This document shows, one piece after another, positions 26,394 to 35,384 of a stretch of 37,112 nt of DNA. Location: the IMG/VR virus record IMGVR_UViG_3300025296_002997, positions 1-37,112 of that record; one strand, 5' to 3'. The notes under the pieces were generated by a model, which ran no database searches, had not been told where the DNA came from, and saw only the letters and a list, made by a program, of their open reading frames with translations. Position 1 is the first letter of the stretch, and each line of letters starts with the position of its first letter. Both the position numbers and the translations under genes were made by a program. Source of the DNA: a virus (taxonomy: Duplodnaviria > Caudoviricetes).

Positions 26394-26875
26394 GGGGTGG
26401 TCTCCTGTGCTAAGCCTGCCAAGCAGATCTCTTTCTCAGTGGCGCGGCGGCTAACCAGCCCGTTGAGCCGTTTTCCCCCGGCGTAGACCCAGCGGCTTAG
26501 CTCGTGGCAGGCACCGCGCAGGTCGCCTTGGTTGAGCTTGCGCAGCAGGGTGGAGCGGGCGAAGTTGCCAGCCCCGACGTTGTAAACGAACGAGGCCAGC
26601 GCGGCGCGGGTGGGTTCCGGTAGCTCGACCTTGGCGCGGCGATCCACCACCGCGAAGGCCTCGCCGAGATCCTGCTGCAGCAGAGCGGTGCATTCGACTT
26701 GGCTAAGGGTTTGCCCCAGGCGGGCGGTTGCCGTGTGGCCGTAGCAGATGGTGGGAATGCCCACTGGGTCGCGGTAGGCGGTGGGCTCGTACCCCTCATA
26801 AAACGACACCACGGCGGTGGCGATACTGATGGCCCCGGCGGCCAGGCTGACGCCGAGCTTGGTTTTAAGACCCAC
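26390..26875 (-). CDS. GH24 lysozyme, probable SAR endolysin
   Basis: EG....AYRDPVGIPTICYGHT catalytic E-D-T; Gly/Ala-rich N-terminal anchor; GTG start at 26875. Confidence 0.92.
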   Translation of the reverse strand: MGLKTKLGVSLAAGAISIATAVVSFYEGYEPTAYRDPVGIPTICYGHTATARLGQTLSQVECTALLQQDLGEAFAVVDRRAKVELPEPTRAALASFVYNVGAGNFARSTLLRKLNQGDLRGACHELSRWVYAGGKRLNGLVSRRATEKEICLAGLAQETTP

Positions 26876-27068
26876 GGCGGTTCTCCCAATAGTCACGTAA
26901 GCGGGTGAGGTAGCGGGGAATCAGCAGCCCGATTTGTAGCGCCAGGTAGAGCAGCGTTAGCACCGTGACCCAATCGGCGGGTGTCATACCGCCCACGTGT
27001 AGCAGCGAGACGATGGCCGGGGGCGCGGCTTTGGCGCTTTCGGTGGTGATTTCAAAGTGGTGGCTCAT
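26865..27068 (-). CDS. Holin
   Basis: 67 aa, hydrophobic segments and basic C-terminus, directly upstream of the endolysin. Confidence 0.75.
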   Translation of the reverse strand: MSHHFEITTESAKAAPPAIVSLLHVGGMTPADWVTVLTLLYLALQIGLLIPRYLTRLRDYWENRRGS

Positions 27069-27091
27069 TCGGGCCTCGGCGGTTTAGAACG

Positions 27092-27316
27092 TTAATCCCA
27101 CAGGTTCACCGTGGGGGCGCGTTGGGTGGCCTGGGGAATGGCAGGCAGGTTGACCGGCGTGCCGTGGGGCAGGAGCGGCCCCTGTTCTGCTAGCCCGGGG
27201 TTAGCGGCTAACACCTGCTCGGTGACGCCACGGGTGGTGCCGTAAACGCGGTAGCAAATGGCATCCAGGGTGTCGTGCTGCTGGGCGCGCACGGTGGTGG
27301 ATTGAGCGAGGGTCAT
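27092..27316 (-). CDS. gpX: Tail protein X (LysM-like)
   Basis: Q.DTLDAICYR.YG.T.GVTEQVL.ANPGLAE.GP.LP.G; TVNLWD. Confidence 0.92.
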   Translation of the reverse strand: MTLAQSTTVRAQQHDTLDAICYRVYGTTRGVTEQVLAANPGLAEQGPLLPHGTPVNLPAIPQATQRAPTVNLWD

Positions 27317-27798
27317 ATCAGCTCGACCGTGCTGTGTGGCCGCCCTTCGATCTCGCTGATCGCCCAGGCTGCATCACGGCGGTAGCCATCGGCGGGGGCT
27401 TGGAGCTGTTCACCGCGCTCTCGGGCGCTGTTAGTGGCGTCATAATCGGCGTAGTGCTCCAGCAGGCTGGCGTGGGCGGTGGAGTACACGGCGCGCAGGT
27501 AGAGCACGTTGAACACTTCCGGCGACTGCCACACGGGAATGGGCAGCGAGGCCATGGTGGGGTAACCCGCTTCGACCTTGGCCTGCTGCCAGTGGCGCAG
27601 CACGCGATTGACCGTGATCATGGCGGCCTTCAGGGCGCTTTCGATGCGCGGCGGGGTGATGGTGCTGTCCAGCCGGTGGGTGGCACGAAAGTCGCTGGGC
27701 TGGATGTCTGGCCAGAAGCCGTTGTTTTCGAGCAGGCTGTCCAGCGGCTGCTCGGTGGTGTTGCTTTTGGGTGTGCCAGCCGAGATAAAGCTGCTCAT
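27313..27798 (-). CDS. gpL: Head completion/stabilisation protein L
   Basis: NNGFWPDI; YLRAVY; WAIS.I.G....TVELI; AGGAGG RBS. Confidence 0.9.
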   Translation of the reverse strand: MSSFISAGTPKSNTTEQPLDSLLENNGFWPDIQPSDFRATHRLDSTITPPRIESALKAAMITVNRVLRHWQQAKVEAGYPTMASLPIPVWQSPEVFNVLYLRAVYSTAHASLLEHYADYDATNSARERGEQLQAPADGYRRDAAWAISEIEGRPHSTVELI

Positions 27799-27945
27799 CG
27801 TGCCTCCTGGTAGCGGGTAAACGTTTTTCGCGCGGGGTCGGGCGCGATGAATCAAAAAGGGGGTGGGCGGCGTTCGAGCGTGGGCGTTAAAACGTCTGGC
27901 TCTTACGTCGCGCCCCCTGACGTCGGCGGTCGACTCGGTTGGCCG

Positions 27946-28626
27946 CTAGCCCGTGGGCGTAGCGGCAGCGTTCTGTTTGCGTTCACGTTCCAGGCGTTCG
28001 AGGTCTTTCTTCACGCCAATGCGGTCGTTGAGCGCGAGGGCACGTTCCAGGTGGTGCTGGGCGTCGTCTAGCTGGCCGGTGGCTCGGCAGGCGTAGCCCA
28101 GCGCTTTGTGCAGCTTGGCGCGGATCTGATCGTGCATATCCGCATCCCGGGTGAGCGCTTCCACATCGACTAAGTGAATAAGCAGGGCGGTGGTGTCTGC
28201 GCCTTCTTCATCCAGCTGCTTCAGCGCCTGATCGGCGACTTCTTCAGCGATGATGGCGGCGGTGCCGCGCTCGAATTGATCCGGCGGGGTGAGGCCGTGC
28301 TTGGTGGCGTACTTAGCGATGGCAATGGCCCCGGCGAGGTCACCGGCATCAATACGCCAGAGCATCACCCGCATCAGCACGTCGTCTTGCGCACCCTGAC
28401 CGGCTTCCAGCACGCCGGACACGTACTCGGCGTATTTGGGCAGGATCTCGCGCTTGATCTCGGCTTTGCGCTCCATGGATTGGGTGGATTTGAGCAGGCG
28501 ATAGTCTTCAAACAGCGCGGCTTGCATCAGCTCATACGCTTCGCCTTGCATGGGGGCTTCTCCCGCGTCAGCGGCGGCGAGGGCCGCGCTGACGCGTTCA
28601 AAGTGGCGGCGGGCTGGGCTGGTCAT
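27946..28626 (-). CDS. gpM: Terminase endonuclease (small) subunit M
   Basis: MTSPARRH; GAQDDVLM..M.WRIDAGD; GVKKDLERLER. Confidence 0.93.
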   Translation of the reverse strand: MTSPARRHFERVSAALAAADAGEAPMQGEAYELMQAALFEDYRLLKSTQSMERKAEIKREILPKYAEYVSGVLEAGQGAQDDVLMRVMLWRIDAGDLAGAIAIAKYATKHGLTPPDQFERGTAAIIAEEVADQALKQLDEEGADTTALLIHLVDVEALTRDADMHDQIRAKLHKALGYACRATGQLDDAQHHLERALALNDRIGVKKDLERLERERKQNAAATPTG

Positions 28627-28635
28627 CGTGTCTCC

Positions 28636-29694
28636 TTAACCGTTCACTGCTGCTGGGGACATCTCGATGTTTTCCACCAGGCAGCCCGCGCCGAAGTCTT
28701 CCACCACGTAGGCGTCGTTGGAGGACTCGTAGTTCTCAATGCGGTTGCGCTTGGGGTTTTCGGTGACGAAGCGGCGGCGGGCGCCGTTCTGCCAGTAGAC
28801 CGAGAGGTTATCCAGGGTGGTGACCATCAGCGCGTTATCGGGGAAGAAGGGCACATCCATGCCTTGCAGCCCGCCGATGCGCTTCTGGCTGATCACTAGG
28901 TCGGCGGCCAACTGCTCGCTGGGCGGTAGCTGGTTGAGCAGCGGGAAGTACTTATCTGACATCAGGTTGCGGCCGAGGATGACCACTAGACCGGGCAGGC
29001 GGCGGAACCAGGGGTCAATCAGGCTGTTGACCATGTCTTGCACTAGCGCGTCGAGGGTGGCGTAGTCACCGACGATGCCCGTTTTTTTGCCCTCTGCGTC
29101 TTCTGTGGCCGTGTGGTCGATTAGGATCTTGCCGCTGGTTTTGCCGTCCTTCATTACTCGCTGGGGAGCCTGGGTGCGGTAGTGCTGCAGCCAGCCGATG
29201 TTGACGTCTTCCAAGTACGGGTTGGCGACCGGGTCGGTTTGCGCGGCGGCGGAGGTGCCGTTGAAGCCGATCATCATGCGGTCCAGCGCCTGCTGGCGAA
29301 CGATGACATCGCGCACCATGGCCTGGAAGTTGGGGAACTTGGCCCAGGCATCCAGCTTGGCGTACCCCAGGTGGGTGTCGAATTCGGTCATTCGGCACTC
29401 GTAGCCTTGGGCATCCAGCGTGGTGAGGTCGCGGGTTTTGCGGTCCTGGTTGGCGACGTTGGTACGGGCGGCGATGGGGCCGGTAACGCCGAGGGCGAGC
29501 TTTTCACCTTTCAGCTCATCGACGCCGACCATGTTGATGCGCGAGAGGAAGTCGCTGGATTCCTGAATGCGCTTTTCCAGCCGCTGCTGAATGGTCGGGT
29601 CGACGGCAAATTTCTGGGTGGCGTCTGGGACGCCGTTGAGCTTCGCCACCTGGGCGGCGAAGTTGTTGAAGTGCTTGCGGGTATCGTTGCGCAT
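28636..29694 (-). CDS. gpN: Major capsid protein N
   Basis: F.V.P..QQRLE..IQESS.FL; LD.WAKF; ALDR.MIGFNG; DVNIGWLQ. Confidence 0.95.
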   Translation of the reverse strand: MRNDTRKHFNNFAAQVAKLNGVPDATQKFAVDPTIQQRLEKRIQESSDFLSRINMVGVDELKGEKLALGVTGPIAARTNVANQDRKTRDLTTLDAQGYECRMTEFDTHLGYAKLDAWAKFPNFQAMVRDVIVRQQALDRMMIGFNGTSAAAQTDPVANPYLEDVNIGWLQHYRTQAPQRVMKDGKTSGKILIDHTATEDAEGKKTGIVGDYATLDALVQDMVNSLIDPWFRRLPGLVVILGRNLMSDKYFPLLNQLPPSEQLAADLVISQKRIGGLQGMDVPFFPDNALMVTTLDNLSVYWQNGARRRFVTENPKRNRIENYESSNDAYVVEDFGAGCLVENIEMSPAAVNG

Positions 29695-29703
29695 GGGCGT
29701 CTC

Positions 29704-30516
29704 TTAGCAGTCGGTTTCGATGTCGGTGTCGCCGCCGGTGGCGGGCGTTCGGGCCGGGCGGTTGGGGGTGCTGTCGAGCTGGGTGTAGAGCGCGTCGAAC
29801 TCTTTTTTCAGGGTCTCGTGGGCGCTTTTGAGCTCATTGAAGGCGGCTTGCGTGGGGCGATTTTTCAGGGCGTCGTTCAGCGCCTGGTGTTTTTCCACGA
29901 ACAGGCCCAGGGTCTCTTCCAGCTCGCTGCGGAAGGCCTCAAAACCGGCGGCGCTTTTGGCGTCCTGCTTTTTGAACAGCGCTTTGACCCGCTCGGCCAG
30001 CGTGGGGCCTTGCTCTTGAGGTTCATCACTAAACGAAAGATCGGTTTCCAGCGCTTCGGAAAAGAGGTTCTCCGGGCGCTGTTTACGGGCGGCCAGCGGG
30101 GAGTTTTTGCCCTCAGAAGCGCTGAACTTAAGCATGGAGGTGCCGAGGGAGGCGGGGGAGTCGGTGACTGCCAGCCCGACCAGGTAGGCTTCACCGGTGT
30201 CGGCAAAGTCGAGGTCGATCTCCATGGAGGTGTAAACCTTCTGGCGTTTTTCGACCATGGCCTTGAGTTCGTCGGTGGGGTCGATCTCGGCATAGAGGCC
30301 GAGCTTGCCGTCGTCGCCTTCCTCGGTTTTGAGCGCGGTCACGTCGCCGTAGGCTTTGAAGGGGCCTTCCGGCAGCAGGCCTTTGATGTGTTCCATATTG
30401 ACCCGGCAGCCGTACTTGGCGGGGTCGAAGTTGGCGGCCATTTGGGTGAGCCATTCGGCGCTGATGGTGCGGCCATCGGTGGTTGCGCCTTCTTGTGCGA
30501 TACGGTGCCAGGGCAT
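29704..30516 (-). CDS. gpO: Capsid scaffolding protein/protease O
   Basis: RIA.EGATTDGRTI; YLVGLAVTDSPASLGT; start at 30516. Confidence 0.93.
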   Translation of the reverse strand: MPWHRIAQEGATTDGRTISAEWLTQMAANFDPAKYGCRVNMEHIKGLLPEGPFKAYGDVTALKTEEGDDGKLGLYAEIDPTDELKAMVEKRQKVYTSMEIDLDFADTGEAYLVGLAVTDSPASLGTSMLKFSASEGKNSPLAARKQRPENLFSEALETDLSFSDEPQEQGPTLAERVKALFKKQDAKSAAGFEAFRSELEETLGLFVEKHQALNDALKNRPTQAAFNELKSAHETLKKEFDALYTQLDSTPNRPARTPATGGDTDIETDC

Positions 30517-30596
30517 GGTCGGGCCTCGGTGAGTGGGTGGGCGTTTGGCTGCGGTCAGGTTCCCCGCAGTGGGGCCTTGGCTCAATGAGGGCTGGG

Positions 30597-30616
30597 TGTA
30601 AGTGGTGTTACTTACA
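30597..30616. promoter_or_regulatory. Putative Ogr-type site shared by the divergent O and P late promoters
   Basis: TGTAAGT-GGTGTT-ACTTACA palindrome (TGT-N14-ACA); TACGCT -10 at 30651-30656 for P. Confidence 0.65.
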
Positions 30617-30662
30617 TCGGGCGGGGCAATCGTGACTGTGCCTGCGCGGGTACGCTGGCGGC

Positions 30663-32441
30663 ATGACAGCCCAAGCCCCAATCGACGACGACCAGCACCG
30701 ACTTTCCGCCCGCCATCTCTATTGGATGGGGTGGCGGATTGCGCGCATTGCCGAGTTCCTGGATTTGCCACGGGCCACCGTGGATTCGTGGAAGAAGCGC
30801 GACGCCTGGGACGAGGCCACGCCGACCCAGCGAGTAGAGGGGGCGCTGGAAGCACGCCTGGTGCAGCTGATTTGGAAGGAGCAGAAAGAGGGCAAGGATT
30901 TTAAGGAGATCGACCTGCTGGGCCGCCAGATTGAGCGGCTAGCCCGTGTGCATAAGTACCAGGGCAGTGGGAAGGAAGCTGACCTAAATCCCAACATCGA
31001 GCGCCGCAACGAGGGGCCGAAGAAGAAGCCCGCCCGTAACGATGTGGGCGATGAAGGGGTGATTCAGATTGTCGAGGCGTTCGAGGCCTCGCTGTTCGAT
31101 TACCAGCGGGGCTGGTACCGGGCGGGGCAGCATGAGCGCATTCGTAACCTGCTCAAAAGCCGCCAGATCGGCGCGACCTGGTACTTCGCCCGTGAGGCGA
31201 TTGCCGATGCCATGGAGACCGGCAAAAACAAGATCTTCATGAGTGCGAGTAAGGCCCAGGCGCACATCTTCCGCCACTACATTGTGCAGTTCGTGAAGGA
31301 AGTGACCGGGGTGGAGCTTAAGGGCGACCCGATCATTCTCGCCAACGGTGCGGAGCTGCACTTTCTGGGCACTAACGCTAAAACCGCCCAGGGCTACCAC
31401 GGCGATACCTACCTGGATGAATACTTCTGGATTCATGGCTTCGAGACGTTCCGCAAGGTGACGTCGGGCATGGCCATGCACAAGAAGTGGAAACAGACCT
31501 ACTTCAGCACGCCTTCTTCGGTGGCCCATGAGGCTTACCCGTTCTGGACCGGCGACCGGTTCAACAAACGCCAGAAAAAAGCCGACCGGGTGAAGATCGA
31601 TGTGAGCCACGCGGCGCTGAAAAACGGGGCGCGGGGGCCGGATGGCCAGTGGCGGCAGATCGTGACCATTGAGGATGCGATTGCCGGGGGCTGTGACCTG
31701 TTCGACATCGACCAGTTGCGCCTGGAGTACAGCGACGATGAGTTTGCGAACCTGCTGATGTGCGAGTTCGTGGACGATACGCAGAGCGCTTTCCCGCTGG
31801 CGATGATGCAGCGCTGCATGGTGGATAGCTGGGATGCCTGGCGGGATCTGAAACCCTTCGCGCCACGGCCGTATGGCGAGCATCCGGTATGGATTGGTTA
31901 CGACCCGGCGGGGGATGGTGAGGATGGCGATGGGGCAGGGTTGGTGGTGGTCGCGCCGCCGAAAACCGCTGAGAGCAAGCACCGCATTCTTGAACGCCAT
32001 CGCCTCAAAGGGCGCGACTATGAAGCCCAGGCGGAATTTATCCGCAGCGTGACCCGCCGCTATAACGTGACCTTTATCGGCATTGATACCTCGGGCCTGG
32101 GTGAAGCCGTGGCCCAGCTGGTGGCGAAGTTCTTTCCCACCGTCACCCGGTACCGCTATACCCCGGAAATGAAGTCGCGCCTGGTGATGCAGGCGCAGCA
32201 GATCATCAACAAGGGGCGGCTTGAATTCGATGCTGGCTGGGTGGATCTCGCCCAGTCGTTCATGGCGATCCGCCGGGAGCTGACCGCCTCCGGCCGCCAG
32301 ATGACCTACACCGCAGGGCGCAATCACCAGACCGGCCACGCTGACTTGGCTTGGGCGACCATGCACGCCTTACACAATGAGCCTCTTGATGGCCCCGCCG
32401 ACCATGGCACGGGCCGTTCCCTAATGGAGATGTACGGATGA
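30663..32441 (+). CDS. gpP: Terminase ATPase (large) subunit P
   Basis: N-terminal HTH; KSRQIGAT Walker A; YLDEYFW Walker B; GYDPA; GHADLAWA. Confidence 0.95.
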   Translation: MTAQAPIDDDQHRLSARHLYWMGWRIARIAEFLDLPRATVDSWKKRDAWDEATPTQRVEGALEARLVQLIWKEQKEGKDFKEIDLLGRQIERLARVHKYQGSGKEADLNPNIERRNEGPKKKPARNDVGDEGVIQIVEAFEASLFDYQRGWYRAGQHERIRNLLKSRQIGATWYFAREAIADAMETGKNKIFMSASKAQAHIFRHYIVQFVKEVTGVELKGDPIILANGAELHFLGTNAKTAQGYHGDTYLDEYFWIHGFETFRKVTSGMAMHKKWKQTYFSTPSSVAHEAYPFWTGDRFNKRQKKADRVKIDVSHAALKNGARGPDGQWRQIVTIEDAIAGGCDLFDIDQLRLEYSDDEFANLLMCEFVDDTQSAFPLAMMQRCMVDSWDAWRDLKPFAPRPYGEHPVWIGYDPAGDGEDGDGAGLVVVAPPKTAESKHRILERHRLKGRDYEAQAEFIRSVTRRYNVTFIGIDTSGLGEAVAQLVAKFFPTVTRYRYTPEMKSRLVMQAQQIINKGRLEFDAGWVDLAQSFMAIRRELTASGRQMTYTAGRNHQTGHADLAWATMHALHNEPLDGPADHGTGRSLMEMYG

Positions 32442-33508
32442 GCGACGCGGCAGCAAAGCCACGGGTGCGCGTGCCCGCTTACGTGACAGACACCGACACC
32501 ACCGCCGCGCCTGCCAAAGCGGAGGCGTTTAGCTTCGGTGAGCCGACGCCGGTGATCGATGGGTACGATTTTTTTTATACCGGCTGCTGGATGCTGGGCA
32601 ACGAGTGGTACGAGCCGCCGGTGGATTTCCCCGCACTGGCCCAGACCTACCGCGCCACGGCGCACCACGGCTCGGCCATCCAAGTGAAGCGCAATATTCT
32701 GGTGCGTTCGTTCATTCCTCACCCGCTGTTGAGCCGCCAGGCCTTCAGCGCGCTGGCCACCGATTACCTGGTGTTTGGCAACTGCTACCTGGAGCGGATC
32801 TTCGGCCGTTTGGGCAGGCTGCTGGCCTTGAAGCCCGCGCGGGCGAAGTACGTTCGCCGTGGAGCGGATCTCAAACGTTACTTCTGGGTGCCCAACTGGT
32901 CGGAGCGCAGCGAGTTTGACGAGGGCAGCATCATCCACCTGTTAGAGCCGGATATTAACCAGGAGGTGTACGGCGTGCCGGACTACCTGGGCGCGCTGCA
33001 GTCGATCTTCCTCAACGAGAACGCCACGCTGTTCCGGCGCAAGTACTACCTGAATGGCTCCCACGCGGGGTTCGTGATGTACGTTTCTGACGCCGCCCAC
33101 AACCAGGAGGACATCGACGCCATGCGCACCGCGCTGAAGGAGTCTAAAGGCGTGGGCAACTTCCGCAACCTGTTCCTGTACAGCCCCAACGGCAAGAAAG
33201 ACGGCATCCAGATCATCCCGATCTCTGAGGTGGCCGCGAAGGACGACTTCGCCGCGATCAAGAACATCACCCGCGATGACCAGCTCGCTGGCCACCGCAT
33301 CCCCCCGCAGCTGATGGGCATTATCCCCAACAACACTGGTGGCTTCGGCGACGTGGAGAAAGCCGCCAAGGTGTTTGTCACCAACGAGCTGGAGCCGGTG
33401 CAGGCGGTGTTCAGTGAGATCAACGATGTGCTGGGGGAGGAGGTGATTCGGTTTAAGGAGTATTCGTTGGCTTCTGCTAGTGAGCCACCCGCTGACCCTA
33501 TTCGTTAA
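32438..33508 (+). CDS. gpQ: Portal protein Q (PBSX family)
   Basis: WYEPP; DINQEVYG.PDY; LNE.ATLFRRKYY.NGSHAG; GGFGDVEKA. Confidence 0.95.
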   Translation: MSDAAAKPRVRVPAYVTDTDTTAAPAKAEAFSFGEPTPVIDGYDFFYTGCWMLGNEWYEPPVDFPALAQTYRATAHHGSAIQVKRNILVRSFIPHPLLSRQAFSALATDYLVFGNCYLERIFGRLGRLLALKPARAKYVRRGADLKRYFWVPNWSERSEFDEGSIIHLLEPDINQEVYGVPDYLGALQSIFLNENATLFRRKYYLNGSHAGFVMYVSDAAHNQEDIDAMRTALKESKGVGNFRNLFLYSPNGKKDGIQIIPISEVAAKDDFAAIKNITRDDQLAGHRIPPQLMGIIPNNTGGFGDVEKAAKVFVTNELEPVQAVFSEINDVLGEEVIRFKEYSLASASEPPADPIR

Positions 33509-33521
33509 GACACATCCAACC

Positions 33522-33549
33522 AAAACGCCGCCCGATTGGGCGGCGTTTG
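33522..33549. terminator. Bidirectional intrinsic terminator
   Basis: AAACGCCGCCC-GATT-GGGCGGCGTTT between the convergent Q and antA-like genes. Confidence 0.8.
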
Positions 33550-33551
33550 CG

Positions 33552-34313
33552 TTAGGTGGAAGCAATCTGTGGCGGCGCCGGGGGCAGGTGGGTGGCGTTC
33601 CATACGTCTAATGGTTCAGTGGGCAGGCCAATCGCATCATTCACCTGCCGTAGGGCGCAGTGCAGGTTGAATCGTTCCCGTGGGTCTTCGTTCCTGGCAA
33701 GCTCCCGCGCTAGGGTGCGGCTTTGTTCCTGCAAAATGAGCAGGTAGCGGAACTTCGGCGTGTCCTTGATGCGTTTCCGCACCTGTTCCAGTGGCTGCAC
33801 CTCCGTCGCCTGCTGCTTTAACAGCGCCACGGCTTGGCGTTCACGATGGATAAAGTAGCGCCGCACCTTGCGGCCCATGGCATTGTTTTCGATCATCGCC
33901 AGTTCTTTGGCCATTCCAATCGTCAGGTGGTAGTCGATAGATCGGCGGTCACCACCGCGCCCAGATTTTTGATTCCCCAAATCGGGGGAATCAAAAGTGG
34001 CGGCTGTTTGATTACTCAAATTTGAGGAATCAAACTCCTCATCCTGACTTTCTCCCAAATTTGGGGAAAAGTCGCTTTTTTCATAAGTGTTTGATTCCAG
34101 GGCTCGCCAATTTTGGTGAGTAGCTTTATGACCTTTGCCAGCCATCATCTCAACAGTGATGTAGTCCTCGCCCTCTATAAATCCATACTGCGCAATTCGA
34201 TTGCGAAACCAAGTCGAGAAGTCGCGCCCCACTTCCAAAAACTCATGTAGGTCACGGGCGTTGCACAGCAGCGCTTCCTCCGATTGAAACACCGGAATCA
34301 TCATATCGTTCAT
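33552..34313 (-). CDS. AntA/AntB-family antirepressor
   Basis: NARDLHEFLEVGRDFSTWF..RI.QYGF.EG.DY ... DYHLT..MAKELAM.E....GRKVRRYFI; AAGGAG RBS. Confidence 0.88.
   Translation of the reverse strand: MNDMMIPVFQSEEALLCNARDLHEFLEVGRDFSTWFRNRIAQYGFIEGEDYITVEMMAGKGHKATHQNWRALESNTYEKSDFSPNLGESQDEEFDSSNLSNQTAATFDSPDLGNQKSGRGGDRRSIDYHLTIGMAKELAMIENNAMGRKVRRYFIHRERQAVALLKQQATEVQPLEQVRKRIKDTPKFRYLLILQEQSRTLARELARNEDPRERFNLHCALRQVNDAIGLPTEPLDVWNATHLPPAPPQIAST
33967..34120. repeat. Array of four related palindromes inside the antA-like gene
   Basis: 33967-33996, 34006-34035, 34046-34073, 34103-34120; the first three centres are 39 bp apart. Confidence 0.8.
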
Positions 34314-34338
34314 GGGTTTCTCCTTTGCTAACAATCGA

Positions 34339-35097
34339 TTAGTGGACTTGCTGCTGTAGGCGCTCAAGATAGCGGCCCGCAATCGCGGCACCGTCTACCA
34401 TGTGGCTGTACATCGCTTTGCCTGCCGGGGAACCTAGCTGGCTAAGCGCCTCGTAAAGATGGTACTGGCGGTCAAGCTGCCGCAGCGCCTGCATATGGTG
34501 GCACAGGGCATACAGGTTGGTGCAGTCGCTGCTGTCCAGCGGGCTGGCGGTGGGTATGGCGGGAAGTGGGGCACAGGCGGCAATGAAATTGCAGGCGTTG
34601 TTTAACTCATCGGCTGGGATCAGTTCGGCCCTGGGCACGTTGAAGCGTGTGTGTACCAATCCCCATAGCTGGGAACGCGCTTGGCGCTGTTGGGCGCTCG
34701 GCAAACGTTTGAGCTTTTTGCCAATCAATTCATGCAGGATATGCAGGCCATCGGTACCGATAGTGGTCGAAGAAATATCGTAGTAGCCATACTTGCGGAT
34801 AGCGGGCAGCACCTCGGCGGTCACCCACTTCTTGAACCGACGTGCTTCGGTTTTACGGCTGCGTAGTATCAGGGAATACAGACCAGACTCATTGATTAGT
34901 ATGGGTTTTCTACCCGAACCCGAATACTGTTCGTGTTTACGTTTCTCGTCGTCGTCCAACCCGATCAGCGCTTTGTTGGTGTCACGCAGATCCAACGCAG
35001 CGCATACATCCATGGCAAAAAACCACGGCTGTTCGTCAATCAACAGCGTGCGGACTTCTTGGGTATCGAATTGGAAAGGAATGATATGAGCAGCCAT
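34339..35097 (-). CDS. Bro-N domain antirepressor-like protein
   Basis: PFQF....VR......PWF.A.DVC.AL; INESGLYSLILRSRK.EA.RFKKWVT.EVLP.IRK.G.Y; GGAGG RBS. Confidence 0.9.
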   Translation of the reverse strand: MAAHIIPFQFDTQEVRTLLIDEQPWFFAMDVCAALDLRDTNKALIGLDDDEKRKHEQYSGSGRKPILINESGLYSLILRSRKTEARRFKKWVTAEVLPAIRKYGYYDISSTTIGTDGLHILHELIGKKLKRLPSAQQRQARSQLWGLVHTRFNVPRAELIPADELNNACNFIAACAPLPAIPTASPLDSSDCTNLYALCHHMQALRQLDRQYHLYEALSQLGSPAGKAMYSHMVDGAAIAGRYLERLQQQVH

Positions 35098-35150
35098 GGG
35101 ATGGCCTCCGTATAAGTTTAAGTATGCAGACATCCAGTTAGTAGCTGGAA

Positions 35151-35231
35151 GCCGGGTCTCAACTAGAGCCTTATACGAAGCTCCGGGCCTATTCCCGCGA
35201 TGCGGTATTGTATTACGCCTCTCGACCCGGC
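35151..35231 (-). ncRNA. c4/CI-like antisense RNA (about 80 nt)
   Basis: Closing stem GCCGGGTC/GACCCGGC; internal CGUAUAAG..CUAG complementary to an upstream (35306-35319) and a downstream (35109-35118) target in the same transcript. Confidence 0.65.
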
Positions 35232-35327
35232 CATAAACCTGTGTATGGCAGGAAGCGCCGTCTTTCAGGCACAAAGAACCGCAAAGCTGTCGGGTGCGGA
35301 TACCGCGTATAAGTTCTAGTACCCACG

Positions 35328-35356
35328 ACTCTAGCGGCACCGCCCCCGGCTGTCAA
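35328..35356 (-). promoter_or_regulatory. Sigma70 promoter of the c4-bro-antA operon
   Basis: TTGACA-N17-TAGAGT. Confidence 0.75.
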
Positions 35357-35384
35357 TCAAGCCGCCCGCACCCCCTGGCGCGCC

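Noticed and set aside
27799-27945. Structured intergenic region between M and L, with slight similarity to 10631-10650
   Set aside because: The match (CGCCCCCTG..GACGT) is short and GC-rich, and I could not define a convincing structure
29182-32366. Long opposite-strand ORFs (29182..30588, 30984..32366) and similar ones across the structural region
   Set aside because: Shadows of GC-rich capsid, scaffold and terminase genes
33967-34120. CRISPR array
   Set aside because: Repeats are divergent, separated by only about 9-29 nt, lie in frame within a CDS, and there are no cas genes
35098-35340. 80-aa N-terminal extension of Bro-N in the ORF track
   Set aside because: Its GTG lies inside the promoter spacer, upstream of the predicted transcription start; the best RBS precedes ATG 35097; the region is better explained as a regulatory RNA leader
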